The position numbers and the translations under genes were made by a program. 64,000 nt of DNA, from NCBI GenBank assembly GCA_023434535.1, contig JAEYSR010000207.1:1853-65852 (forward strand), read 5' to 3'. This stretch comes from Actinomycetes bacterium. GTDB taxonomy: Bacteria; Actinomycetota; Acidimicrobiia; Acidimicrobiales; Microtrichaceae. The notes beneath the pieces were generated by a model that was not told the DNA's origin, searched no databases, and saw only the letters and a list, made by a program, of their open reading frames with translations. Shown here piece after piece: positions 39,296-48,664 of this stretch; the first letter of the stretch is position 1; every line of letters starts with the position of its first letter.

Positions 39296-40273
39296 TCATT
39301 CCGGGGCGAGGCCGATGTGCAGCTCCGACAGCGCGCCGGCGCCGGCCAGCGTCTCGACCACGGCTCCGGGGAAGGCCGTGGTCGCCTCCACCGTCCATCG
39401 CCGGCCCGTGCCGTCGAACACGAGCAGGTCGCTCAGCTCGTGGACCAGCACCTCGAGGTCCGCGGCCGCCTCGATGTCGGCGGCGGGGGCGGTGACGGCG
39501 CAGCGGATGAGGAAGCGCTGACCCGACGGCGCGGCACGGGTGGCCTCGCCGACGGCTCCGTCCTGCGGCGGTTCCGGGAGCGGATCGCCGGAGACGACGG
39601 CGGCCAGCGAGTCGAGGACGAGGAGGAACCCGGCCGCCGCGGCGTCGACGGTGCCGCGCTCCGACAGCCGGGCGTCGACCAGCGGTCCCTGCTCCAGCTC
39701 GACCAGTCCTGCCTCCGCCGCGGACACCAGGACCTCGGCCAGGTCGGAACCCGCGTCCGACGCGTCGAGCGCACCGTCCGCGGTCGCCGACATCACGGCC
39801 AGGAGGCAACCGGGGTGGGTCCCGTCGTCGCCCTCGGTCACGCGCTCGGCGCCGGCCTCGAGCGCCAGCGCCAGTCGCGCCGCGTCCACCCGGTCCGCGT
39901 TGCGCAGGGCTGCTCCCGCGCCGTCGAGGAAGCCGGCGAGGCGCTGGCCGGCAGCGGTGCGTGCCGCTGCGGCCGCACCGTCGGCCAGCCCCCTGCTCAG
40001 CGACGAGAAGTCCCGGCCGTCGCCGGCCCGGTCGCAGCCGGCGCTCAGGGTCGCGGCCAGGTCGGTCCCCGGTCCCGGGACCTCGGCGGCGCGGACCGCC
40101 GCGCGGTCCTCGTCGGCCACGGGGTCGTCGGGGTCCCAGTCGACCGACGCGTCGAGCCGATCGAGCGCCTCGGCGTGCTGGTCCAGCACCGAGGCACACG
40201 CCCGCAGCGCGTCGAGGAACTCCGCAGGCGCCAGGCTCTGCGGTGACGACGTGCTCAGCACCGTGGAGGCCAT
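39296..40273 (-). CDS. DAK2-domain (FakA-like) protein, truncated and motif-degenerate
   Basis: rpmB/DAK2/recG position; remnants PGTDLAATL, PGCLLAVM, GTVDAAAAG; ~325 aa; TACGAT 7 nt before ATG 40273. Confidence 0.72.
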   Translation of the reverse strand: MASTVLSTSSPQSLAPAEFLDALRACASVLDQHAEALDRLDASVDWDPDDPVADEDRAAVRAAEVPGPGTDLAATLSAGCDRAGDGRDFSSLSRGLADGAAAAARTAAGQRLAGFLDGAGAALRNADRVDAARLALALEAGAERVTEGDDGTHPGCLLAVMSATADGALDASDAGSDLAEVLVSAAEAGLVELEQGPLVDARLSERGTVDAAAAGFLLVLDSLAAVVSGDPLPEPPQDGAVGEATRAAPSGQRFLIRCAVTAPAADIEAAADLEVLVHELSDLLVFDGTGRRWTVEATTAFPGAVVETLAGAGALSELHIGLAPE

Positions 40274-40327
40274 GGGGGTCATCGTAGTGACGCCCGCCGT
40301 CGTCGGGCCCGGCGGAGCGAGGACGGG

Positions 40328-41020
40328 TCAGCCCCCGAAGAGCGCCGGTCGGCACGCCTCGGAGTAGCCGCCCGGCACGGTGCCGTCGAGGCTGTCGGCG
40401 GCCCGGACGACGCCCAGCGTCACGTCGAGCTGGAGGACCGTGCCGTTGGCGTCGGTGATCTGGAACAGGTCGTCCTCGAGCCGGACCGAGCGGACCTGGC
40501 CCGGGTCCGGCACCCCTGCGAGGTCGCAGTTCTGGCGCACCAGTCGGGCGAACGTGACCGCCGCCGCGGACTCCGCTCCGCTCGCCGCGTCGCCGCCCGG
40601 TCGTGCCGAAGGGGTGGCCGGCGCGGGCACCGGCGTCGTGGTGGCGGCGGCGCTCCCGCCATCGGCAGGAGCGGGTGCGGCCGTCGTCGGCGCCGCGGTG
40701 GTGGGCGGCTCCGTGTCGGCCACGGCCGAAGTGGTCGTCTCCGGAGGAGCGGTCGTGGCCTCGGCCGCTGTCTCGGGCGCCGGGCTCGCCGGCTCCTCGG
40801 ACTCGGCGGCGGTGCTCCCCTCGTGGGCGGCGGGAGGATCGACGACGACGGCCCCGTCGAGCCCGGCGGCGCGGATCACCAGCCCCGCCATCACGAACGC
40901 CACCACCGCCGCGGCGAGCACGACGAGGATCCAGGTCCCGCTGTCGCCGTCGTGGCCGCCGTCCTCGTCCTCACTGCCGTGTCCGTCGTGACCGCCGTGA
41001 TCGCCGCCGCTCGCCGCCAT
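40328..41020 (-). CDS. Hypothetical membrane-anchored protein (His/Asp-rich N-terminus, TM helix, Pro/Thr/Ala linker)
   Basis: GGGAGG RBS before ATG 41020; WILVVLAAAVVAFVMAGLVI helix; small C-terminal domain with two Cys. Confidence 0.65.
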   Translation of the reverse strand: MAASGGDHGGHDGHGSEDEDGGHDGDSGTWILVVLAAAVVAFVMAGLVIRAAGLDGAVVVDPPAAHEGSTAAESEEPASPAPETAAEATTAPPETTTSAVADTEPPTTAAPTTAAPAPADGGSAAATTTPVPAPATPSARPGGDAASGAESAAAVTFARLVRQNCDLAGVPDPGQVRSVRLEDDLFQITDANGTVLQLDVTLGVVRAADSLDGTVPGGYSEACRPALFGG

Positions 41021-41153
41021 CGCACACCCCTCCCGTGTCCGTCCGGTTCTCCGTGTCGGATCGCCTCCGTCCACGATGGGAGAACCGAGCCGCTCCCACA
41101 AGTCGGATCTCGGACCGTCGACCGGCCTGCTTGGGCCCGCCGGCTCCGGCGAC

Positions 41154-41286
41154 TACAGTGTCGGGTCGGCCGATGAGCGGGTTCGCCCTCGGCCGAGCGC
41201 TCCCCTCGTGGGAGACCCGATGGACCTCGCCACCGTGGGTGGCAACCCCGCCCGAGCGTGGCGGAACGACCGGAGAAGAGACAGTC
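41154..41286 (+). promoter_or_regulatory. rpmB promoter (-10 TACAGT) and multi-hairpin 5' leader
   Basis: TACAGT 41154-41159; stems TCGGCCGA/TCGGCCGA (41166-41196), CTCCC/GGGAG (41200-41214), GCCACC/GGTGGC (41229-41243). Confidence 0.5.
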
Positions 41287-41496
41287 ATGGCCGCCGTGTG
41301 TGAGATCTGCGACAAGCGACCCTCGTTCGGGATGAACCTGAGCCACTCCCACCGCCGCACCCGGCGTCGCTGGAACCCGAACATCCAGCGGATCCGCGTG
41401 GCCACGCCGAGCGGCACCAAGCGCATGAACGTCTGCACCGGTTGCATCAAGTCGGGCAAGGTCACCAAGCCCGTCACCGCCCGTCCGTCGGCCTGA
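41287..41496 (+). CDS. rpmB: 50S ribosomal protein L28 (Zn-ribbon form)
   Basis: MAAVCEICDKRPSFGMNLSHSHRRTRRRWNPNIQR...VCTGCIKSGKV. Confidence 0.97.
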   Translation: MAAVCEICDKRPSFGMNLSHSHRRTRRRWNPNIQRIRVATPSGTKRMNVCTGCIKSGKVTKPVTARPSA

Positions 41497-41699
41497 CCCA
41501 CAAGCCTGCCGGCACCCCTCCACCGCCGGCGGACGAGGACCTTCGTCACTTCCGTCGCCCCCGCTTTGCCGCGCCTTCGCGGCCCCCGGTACGGTGAGTG
41601 ACGGGCCGACGGCCTCCCTCCGGGAGGTCAGCACTCAGGAGCCCAGCACCCCATGATCCCAGCGACGGCGAGCGGAGAGAGCGTGGAACGGACGGCATC

Positions 41700-41954
41700 G
41701 TGCAAGGCGTGATCAAGTCCTACGACCCCGTGACCCGCGACGGCCTCGTCGTCCGAGACACGGATCTGGTCGAGCACGACCTCGCGCCCGATGCCCTCGA
41801 CGGCACGTTGTTCCGCATGCTCCGCCAGGGCCAGCGGGTGCAGTACGACCTGGACGACCAGGGGCGGGCCACGGCCCTCCAGCTGGGTTCAGAGGTCGAC
41901 ATGGGCACACCGACCTTCCGGGCGCATGCTGAGCCAGCGCCCGAGACGGTCTGA
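41700..41954 (+). CDS. Cold-shock-like OB-fold small protein
   Basis: [16 protein letters not shown]...[14 protein letters not shown]...RATAL resembles a CSD fold; RNP1/RNP2 aromatic motifs not evident. Confidence 0.7.
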   Translation: MQGVIKSYDPVTRDGLVVRDTDLVEHDLAPDALDGTLFRMLRQGQRVQYDLDDQGRATALQLGSEVDMGTPTFRAHAEPAPETV

Positions 41955-42015
41955 GACACCGACGGCATTCCGCTCACACACCGAGTTTTCGGCCCAACAG
42001 AGACCGGGGAGAACG

Positions 42016-43806
42016 ATGGCAGGCACCACGAGCAACCAGAAGCTGATCGACTGGGTCGAGGAGTGGCGGGAGATCTTCCAGCCCGATTCGGTCGAGTGGT
42101 GCGACGGGACGGCCGAGGAGTACGACCGCCTCTGCCAGCTGCTGGTCGACAACGGGACGTTCGAGAAGCTGTCCGAGGCCAAGCGCCCCAACAGCTACCT
42201 CGCCCTGTCGGACCCGAGCGACGTCGCCCGGGTCGAGGACCGGACCTTCATCGCCTGCGAGCAGGAGATCGACGCCGGCCCGACCAACCACTGGAGGGCT
42301 CCGGCCGAGCTCAAGGCCGAGATGCTCGACCTGTACCGCGGGACCATGAAGGGCCGCACCATGTACGTGGTGCCCTTCTCGATGGGCCCTCTCGGCTCCC
42401 CCATCGCCCACATCGGCGTCCAGCTCACCGACTCCCCGTACGTGGCGGTGTCCATGCGGATCATGACCCGCATGGGCCAGGGCGCGCTGGACGTGCTCGG
42501 TGACGGCGAGTGGGTCCGCTGCCTGCACTCGGTCGGCGCACCGCTCGCCGACGGCCAGGCCGACGTGCCGTGGCCCTGCAACGAGACCAAGTACATCTCG
42601 CACTTCCCCGAGACCACCGAGATCTGGTCCTACGGCTCGGGCTACGGCGGCAACGCCCTCCTGGGCAAGAAGTGCTTCGCCCTGCGGATCGCCTCGACGA
42701 TGGCCCGCGACGACGGCTGGATGGCCGAGCACATGCTCATCCTCGGCATCACGTCGCCCGAGGGCGAGAAGCGCTACATCGCCGCCGCGTTCCCGTCGGC
42801 CTGCGGCAAGACCAACATGGCCATGCTCATCCCCACCCTGCCGGGTTGGACGGTCGAGACCGTCGGCGACGACATCGCCTGGATGAAGTTCGGCGACGAC
42901 GGCCGCCTCTACGCCATCAACCCCGAGGCCGGGTTCTTCGGCGTCGCCCCCGGCACGTCCGACGCGACCAACAAGAACGCCATGGAGACGATGTGGGGCA
43001 ACTCCATCTTCACCAACGTCGCCAAGACCGACGACGGCGACGTGTGGTGGGAGGACATGACCGACGACGCCCCGGCGCACCTCATCGACTGGAAGGGCAA
43101 CGACTGGACGCCCGAGTCGTCCACGCCCGCCGCGCACCCCAACGCCCGCTTCACCACCCCGGCGTCGCAGTGCCCGTCGATCGCCCCCGAGTGGGAGGAC
43201 CCGGCCGGCGTGCCGATCTCGGCCATCCTCTTCGGCGGTCGTCGCGCCACGAACGTCCCGCTCGTCACCCAGAGCTACGACTGGCAGCAGGGCACGTTCC
43301 TGGGCTCGGTGATGAGCTCCGAGAAGACCGCGGCAGCCGCCGGCACGGTCGGCGAGGTCCGGTTCGACCCGTACGCCATGCTCCCGTTCATGGGCTACAA
43401 CGTCGGCGACTACATCCAGCACTGGCTGGACATCGGCAACGCGACCGACGCCGACAAGCTGCCGAAGCTGTTCTGGGTCAACTGGTTCCGCAAGTCCGAC
43501 GAGGGCAAGTTCCTCTGGCCGGGCTTCGGCGACAACAGCCGTGTCCTCAAGTGGGCGCTCGAGCGGATCGCCGGCACGGCGGACGCGACCGAGACGCCGA
43601 TCGGCTGGGTGCCGACACCGGACTCGCTCGACACCGACGGCCTGGACCTCGACGCCGACACGCTGTCCCAGCTCCTCGAGGTCGACCCCGTCGCCTGGAA
43701 GGGCGAGGTGGAGCTCATCAACGCCCACTTCGACTCCATCGGCGAGCGCCTCCCGGCCAAGATGCGCGAGGAGCTCTCCGCCCTCGAGCAGCGCCTCGGC
43801 GGCTGA
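42016..43806 (+). CDS. pckG: Phosphoenolpyruvate carboxykinase (GTP)
   Basis: [54 protein letters not shown]. Confidence 0.98.
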   Translation: MAGTTSNQKLIDWVEEWREIFQPDSVEWCDGTAEEYDRLCQLLVDNGTFEKLSEAKRPNSYLALSDPSDVARVEDRTFIACEQEIDAGPTNHWRAPAELKAEMLDLYRGTMKGRTMYVVPFSMGPLGSPIAHIGVQLTDSPYVAVSMRIMTRMGQGALDVLGDGEWVRCLHSVGAPLADGQADVPWPCNETKYISHFPETTEIWSYGSGYGGNALLGKKCFALRIASTMARDDGWMAEHMLILGITSPEGEKRYIAAAFPSACGKTNMAMLIPTLPGWTVETVGDDIAWMKFGDDGRLYAINPEAGFFGVAPGTSDATNKNAMETMWGNSIFTNVAKTDDGDVWWEDMTDDAPAHLIDWKGNDWTPESSTPAAHPNARFTTPASQCPSIAPEWEDPAGVPISAILFGGRRATNVPLVTQSYDWQQGTFLGSVMSSEKTAAAAGTVGEVRFDPYAMLPFMGYNVGDYIQHWLDIGNATDADKLPKLFWVNWFRKSDEGKFLWPGFGDNSRVLKWALERIAGTADATETPIGWVPTPDSLDTDGLDLDADTLSQLLEVDPVAWKGEVELINAHFDSIGERLPAKMREELSALEQRLGG

Positions 43807-43844
43807 CGGGCTCGGCATCGGCCGCCGCGGGGTAGGGATCCCCG

Positions 43845-45017
43845 ATGGCGGCGATCGAGTTCCGGACCTCCCCCGACCCGACGATCGGTGTCGAGCTCGA
43901 GCTCGGCCTGGTCGATCGCAGCACGAGATCTCTCGTCAACATCGCCTCCGACGTCCTCGACGGACTCGGGGGCGGTGTCGTACCTGGGGAGAGCGTCGTA
44001 CCCGGGGAGACCGTCGAGCACCCGAAGGTGAAGCACGAGCTGTTCGAGTCGACGATCGAGGTGATCACCGGCATCAACGGGACCGTCGCGGACGCCGCAG
44101 CCGACCTCACCGCCACGCTCGACGAGGTCGGCCGGGTCCTGGACGCGCTGCCGATGGACGTCGGGCTGGTGTCCGCGGGGACCCATCCCTTCACGCCGTG
44201 GTCCGAGCTGCGGGTCAGCCCGGCCCGCCGCTACACCGAGCTCGTCGAGAGGATCGGCTGGCCCGCCCGCCGGCTGGCCATCCACGGGACCCACGTGCAC
44301 ATCGGAGTCCGCTCGGGGGCGCTCGCCGTCGCCGTGACCGACGGCCTCGCCGAACGCCTGCCGCTCTTCCTGGCCCTGTCCGCCTCCAGCCCGTTCTGGG
44401 AGGGACGCGACACGGGCCTGTGCTCGGCCCGCACCAAGATCTTCGAGAGCCTCCCGACCGCCGGACTGCCTCCGTCGCTGCAGGGTTGGAGGGACTTCGA
44501 GGAGTTCATGGCCACGCTGCTCAACGCCGGGGCGATCACGTCGATCCGCGAGGTGTGGTGGGACGTCCGCCCGCACCCCGACTTCGGCACCGTCGAGCTG
44601 CGGATGTGCGACGCGATCCAGACGATGGACGAGGTCAGGGCGCTGGTCGCTCTCGCCCAGTGCAGCGTGGCTGACCTCCAGGACCGCGCCGCTGCGGGAG
44701 AGCGCACGTCGACGGTCCGGGAGTGGGTCGTCCGGGAGAACAAGTGGTTGGCGGCCCGCCACGGCCTGGACGCCGAGCTCATCGTGGACGACGAGGGGAC
44801 GCGCCGTCCTGCGAGGGAACTCATCGACGCCGAGCTCGAGCGCCTCGCACCGGTCGCCGTCGAGCTCGGCTGCTCCGACGAGCTCGCCTCGGTCGGTCGG
44901 ATCCTCACCCACGGGACCGGCGCCGAGCGTCAGCGTGCGGTCGTGACCAGGGGCGGCACCTACTGCGACGTCGTCGACCTGCTGCTCGCCGAGTGGAGCG
45001 ACGGGACAGCGGCGTGA
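43845..45017 (+). CDS. YbdK-family glutamate--cysteine ligase / carboxylate-amine ligase
   Basis: TIGVELEL, AGTHPF, GTHVHIG, LSASSPFWEG, WWDVRPHPDFGTVELRMCD, ENKWLAARHG. Confidence 0.93.
   Translation: MAAIEFRTSPDPTIGVELELGLVDRSTRSLVNIASDVLDGLGGGVVPGESVVPGETVEHPKVKHELFESTIEVITGINGTVADAAADLTATLDEVGRVLDALPMDVGLVSAGTHPFTPWSELRVSPARRYTELVERIGWPARRLAIHGTHVHIGVRSGALAVAVTDGLAERLPLFLALSASSPFWEGRDTGLCSARTKIFESLPTAGLPPSLQGWRDFEEFMATLLNAGAITSIREVWWDVRPHPDFGTVELRMCDAIQTMDEVRALVALAQCSVADLQDRAAAGERTSTVREWVVRENKWLAARHGLDAELIVDDEGTRRPARELIDAELERLAPVAVELGCSDELASVGRILTHGTGAERQRAVVTRGGTYCDVVDLLLAEWSDGTAA
43977..44012 (+). repeat. In-frame 18-bp tandem duplication (VVPGES-VVPGET)
   Basis: GTCGTACCTGGGGAGAGC followed by GTCGTACCCGGGGAGACC. 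Confidence 0.8.
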
Positions 45018-46261
45018 CCGCTCGATCCGCGGACGTCCGGGAGCGGGCGAGAGCGGCGCTGCGCTCCTCGGTCGAGGCCCGCAGCGACGAGCTGGTCGCC
45101 CTGCGCCGGCACCTGCACGCCCATCCGGAGCCGAGCGGCGAGGAGCACGACACCACGCTCCTGCTCGTCGAGCGCCTGCAGGCCGCCGACCTCTCCCCCG
45201 TCGTGCTGGCCAGCGGCACGGGTCTGATCTGCGACGTCGGCCCCGGGGACGCTCCACCGACGGTGGCGATCCGCGGCGACATCGACGCCCTGCGCATGAC
45301 CGACGACAAGGACGTCCCCTACCGGTCCCGACGCGACGGCGTCGCCCACGCGTGCGGTCACGACGTGCACACCGTGGTGACCCTCGGCGCCGGTCTCGCC
45401 CTCGACGAGCTGCTGCGCGGCCACGATCCGGACCGGAGCGACGACCGGCCGTCCCTGCCCACCGGCCGGGTGCGGCTCATCTTCGAGCCGTCCGAGGAAC
45501 GGGTGCCGGGCGGCGCGGTGGAGGTGGTCGAGTCGGGTGCCCTCGACGGCATCCGGTCGGTCTTCGGGCTGCACTGCGACCCCAAGCTCGACGCCGGCGT
45601 CCTGGGAGTGAGGTCCGGCCCGCTCACCTACGCGGCGGACCTCGTGGAGATCCACCTGCACGGCCCCGGCGGCCACACCGCCCGCCCGCACCTGACCGTC
45701 GACCTGGTCGACGTGGCGGCCCGGGTCGTGCGGGAGCTGCCGGCACGTGTGGCCGCTGCTGCCGGCGAGTCCGAGCTGCTCCTGACGTTCGGAGCGATCG
45801 TCGCCGGCGACGCCCCCAACGTGATCCCGACGCGCGCCGAGCTCCGCGGCAGCCTGCGCACCCCCGACCGCGACCTCTGGTTCCGCGGCGAGGACATCGT
45901 GCGGGAGGCCCTCGGGGCGATCGTCGAGGACACCGGCGCCGACTGGGACCTCCTCCAGCGCCGAGGAGTGCCGCCCGTGGTGAACCGGCCCCACGAGACG
46001 TCGCTGCTGGCCGACGCCGGCACCGCCGTGCTGGGTCCGGACGGAGTGGTGACGACCCCACGCAGCGTCGGGGGAGACTCCTTCAGCTGGTACCTCGAGC
46101 GGACCGGCGGGTCCTACGGCCGACTGGGCACCCATCCGCCGTCGCTTCCCGAGCGGCTCGACCTGCACGCGGGGACCTTCGACGTCGACGAGTCGGTGAT
46201 CGCCCTCGGGGCCCAGATCCTGGCCTGCGCCGCGCTCTCCGCCCTCGACGACCCGGCCTGA
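45014..46261 (+). CDS. M20-family amidohydrolase
   Basis: RRHLHAHPE, RGDIDAL, HACGHDVHT, FEPSEE, GGHTARPH; GTGA overlap with ybdK-like gene. Confidence 0.93.
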   Translation: MTARSADVRERARAALRSSVEARSDELVALRRHLHAHPEPSGEEHDTTLLLVERLQAADLSPVVLASGTGLICDVGPGDAPPTVAIRGDIDALRMTDDKDVPYRSRRDGVAHACGHDVHTVVTLGAGLALDELLRGHDPDRSDDRPSLPTGRVRLIFEPSEERVPGGAVEVVESGALDGIRSVFGLHCDPKLDAGVLGVRSGPLTYAADLVEIHLHGPGGHTARPHLTVDLVDVAARVVRELPARVAAAAGESELLLTFGAIVAGDAPNVIPTRAELRGSLRTPDRDLWFRGEDIVREALGAIVEDTGADWDLLQRRGVPPVVNRPHETSLLADAGTAVLGPDGVVTTPRSVGGDSFSWYLERTGGSYGRLGTHPPSLPERLDLHAGTFDVDESVIALGAQILACAALSALDDPA

Positions 46262-46271
46262 GTCCGCACCG

Positions 46272-46637
46272 TCAGCCGAGCACCATCGCCCGGATGCCCA
46301 GCCCCATCAGGAACAGCCCACCGAACCCGTACAGCAGGTACTGGTAGGCCTTGAGCTGGTTCCGGTAGCTGTAGAGGATCACCACCGTGATCAGGGCGAC
46401 GAACCCGTAGAACATGTGGAACTCCGGGGCCGAGATCCCCTCCCCGGCCACCATGAACACGCCGAGGCACACCTGGACGAAGATCGACGCCTCGACGAAC
46501 ACGACGAACCACCACAGGGCCCGGACCCGCAGCACCGGGATCCAGTGGGCCCCGAGGCACCACAGCCCACCCACGGCGTTGCCCACGATGACCACCCAGG
46601 CCCACTCCGTGTGGAGCTGCAGGACGGACGTGGGCAC
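46272..46637 (-). CDS. Hypothetical 4-TM membrane protein
   Basis: Four hydrophobic segments, EFHMFYGF; TATTGT 6 nt before GTG. Confidence 0.8.
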   Translation of the reverse strand: MPTSVLQLHTEWAWVVIVGNAVGGLWCLGAHWIPVLRVRALWWFVVFVEASIFVQVCLGVFMVAGEGISAPEFHMFYGFVALITVVILYSYRNQLKAYQYLLYGFGGLFLMGLGIRAMVLG

Positions 46638-46712
46638 CGGCGGACAATAGCGTCCGCCTCCGGACGTCCCTCAACCGTCGAGGCGGTCCGAACACGGTGG
46701 CAAGCTGGGCCC

Positions 46713-47054
46713 GTGCAGCACGCCCGCCTCGTCGTCCACCGCCTCCACATCGACGGCCAGGAGCTGCCCGTCCGCCTCGCCACGCTGGTCGCCGTGCGTC
46801 GCGACGAGTCGGCTGCGGGAGACGGCGGCGGGGTCGACTGGGAGGTCGTGGCCGACGGCGTCGAGCCCTACGGCGGTGAGCTGGGCCGCTACCACGTCGA
46901 GATGCTCTGCATCGTCGGCGCCGACCCCGAGGGCCATCTGATCCTCGGCGAGCTCGAGGGCGACGCCGTCGTCGTGCGCTTCGTGGAGCGCACCGTGGTC
47001 CTCCGCGGCGACGGACCGCTCACGGGTCTGACCCCCGACATGTTCGAGGGCTGA
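46713..47054 (+). CDS. Hypothetical protein
   Basis: QHARLVVHRLHIDGQELPVR...VVLRGDGPLTGL; GC-ending codons; CAAGCT 6 nt before GTG. Confidence 0.65.
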   Translation: MQHARLVVHRLHIDGQELPVRLATLVAVRRDESAAGDGGGVDWEVVADGVEPYGGELGRYHVEMLCIVGADPEGHLILGELEGDAVVVRFVERTVVLRGDGPLTGLTPDMFEG

Positions 47055-47277
47055 CGTCGCGTCCGGGACGCGGCGGCGATCGGCTGGCCGACGGGCGCTC
47101 GGGCAGCACGTCGGGGCCCTGTCGACCTCGCTTCCTGATGGTTCTCCAAGCGAGCGATCAGAGGAATTCCTCATATTCCACCTCTTCGTGCCGAACCGGG
47201 GGTACGTTCGCCTGCATCGGGTCGGCTGCCCGATGGCGGAGGGCGATGCGCCGCACGGCGTCCAACCGAGGAGCGAC

Positions 47278-47532
47278 ATGTCCGCAGAACCGAACTCCAC
47301 CCCCGACCTCGACCTCTCGTCCCGCACCGAGGGCTACGTCCCGCCGATCAGCTTCCAGGAGCTCCACGAGGCGGGCCGGCTGTCCATGCCGGGCGCCGAG
47401 GAGTACCAGGAGGGCTACGGCCCGCTCGGCGACCCGTCAGAGGTGCTGATCGACGTCGCCGACCCGCTCGAGGCCTTCGTCGACGCCTGGGCCCACGCGG
47501 GTCAGACGCCCGCGGATCCGCTGCTCCCGTAG
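47278..47532 (+). CDS. Hypothetical acidic small protein
   Basis: GAGGAG RBS before ATG; MSAEPNSTPDLDLSS...; GC-ending codons. Confidence 0.65.
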   Translation: MSAEPNSTPDLDLSSRTEGYVPPISFQELHEAGRLSMPGAEEYQEGYGPLGDPSEVLIDVADPLEAFVDAWAHAGQTPADPLLP

Positions 47533-47621
47533 ACCCGACCGGTCGGGTCCGTCACCGGTCCTCCTCACCGGTCGTCGGCGACGGATGCATGACCGACATC
47601 GGCGGTGGGCAGGTGGAGACC

Positions 47622-47840
47622 ATGCTCCCGCTCCTCACGATCCTCTCGGTCTGGTTCGTGCTCGGCCTGGCCGTCTCGCTGTTGATCGGCGCAGGGACCA
47701 GGTGCCCTCCGCAGCCGGCCCACGTCGACCGCCGCCACCGGTTCGGGCGCCGCCACGGGCGCCACGCCCTCGGTCCGCTCAGTCCCAGATCGAGGCGGCG
47801 AACGCCTCGCCCTCGGCTCGCGGTCGCCCGACGCGGATGA
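47622..47840 (+). CDS. Possible small membrane protein
   Basis: GGAG RBS, MLPLLTILSVWFVLGLAVSLLIGAG; 3' end overlaps the convergent deacetylase gene by ~60 nt. Confidence 0.35.
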   Translation: MLPLLTILSVWFVLGLAVSLLIGAGTRCPPQPAHVDRRHRFGRRHGRHALGPLSPRSRRRTPRPRLAVARRG

Positions 47841-48603
47841 ACCACTCGGTCCCGAACGCCCGGCCGAACTGCTCGGCGTCCATGTCGAGGAACCAGGAGT
47901 CCGGCGCGATCTGACTGGCGTGGGCCACCATCGCGTCACGCTTGGTCGACGCGAGATGCGCCACGTCGATGGCGTGGGTGATGTGGGCCGCCGGCTCCCC
48001 GAAGTCGTCCGGGATGTCGAAGTCGGGCTCGGCCGACGGCGTCTCCTGCTCCTCGCCCAGCTCCCGGCTCGCCTCGGCGGCGGCCCGGGCCTCCTCCATC
48101 CCGGCCAGGATGTGGTCGCGGTTCATCGTCGCCTGGAGCACGACGGGGGTCCCGGCGATCTCGGCCGCCCGCAACCCGACCCGGTGCACCTGGATGTGAT
48201 CCGGGTGGCCGTAGCCACCGTGGTGGTCGTACGCCGTCAGCACGTCGGCCTGCTCCTCGGTGAGGATCGCCGCCAGGCGGTTGGCGGCGTGCTCGACGTC
48301 GGCCGACCAGAAGGAGTACGGCGCGTCGTTGTCCGGCTCGCCGACCATGCCCGAATCCACGTAGCCGAGGAACTCCACCCGCTCCGCTCCGAGGATCCTC
48401 GCCGACTCGTACGTCTCGGCGATGCGGCGCTGCCACAGGGCCTCGCCCTCTCCCAGCACGCCGGGGACGATCTCGCCGTGCTCACCGCGGGTCGCGACCA
48501 CGAGCACCACCCGATGGCCGTCGGCCGCGGCCTGGGCCATGGTCCCGCCGGTCTGGATGCACTCGTCGTCGGGATGGGCGTGGAAGCAGACCAGGGTCGA
48601 CAT
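47779..48603 (-). CDS. PIG-L family deacetylase (MshB/Mca-like)
   Basis: HAHPDDE, ATRGEHGE, LGYVDSGM, GGYGHPDHIQVH, AHASQ. Confidence 0.93.
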   Translation of the reverse strand: MSTLVCFHAHPDDECIQTGGTMAQAAADGHRVVLVVATRGEHGEIVPGVLGEGEALWQRRIAETYESARILGAERVEFLGYVDSGMVGEPDNDAPYSFWSADVEHAANRLAAILTEEQADVLTAYDHHGGYGHPDHIQVHRVGLRAAEIAGTPVVLQATMNRDHILAGMEEARAAAEASRELGEEQETPSAEPDFDIPDDFGEPAAHITHAIDVAHLASTKRDAMVAHASQIAPDSWFLDMDAEQFGRAFGTEWFIRVGRPRAEGEAFAASIWD

Positions 48604-48664
48604 CGGCGGCAGGCTAACGCCACCGGGCCGGACCCGATCAGCCGACCCGCTCGGACCGGCGCGC

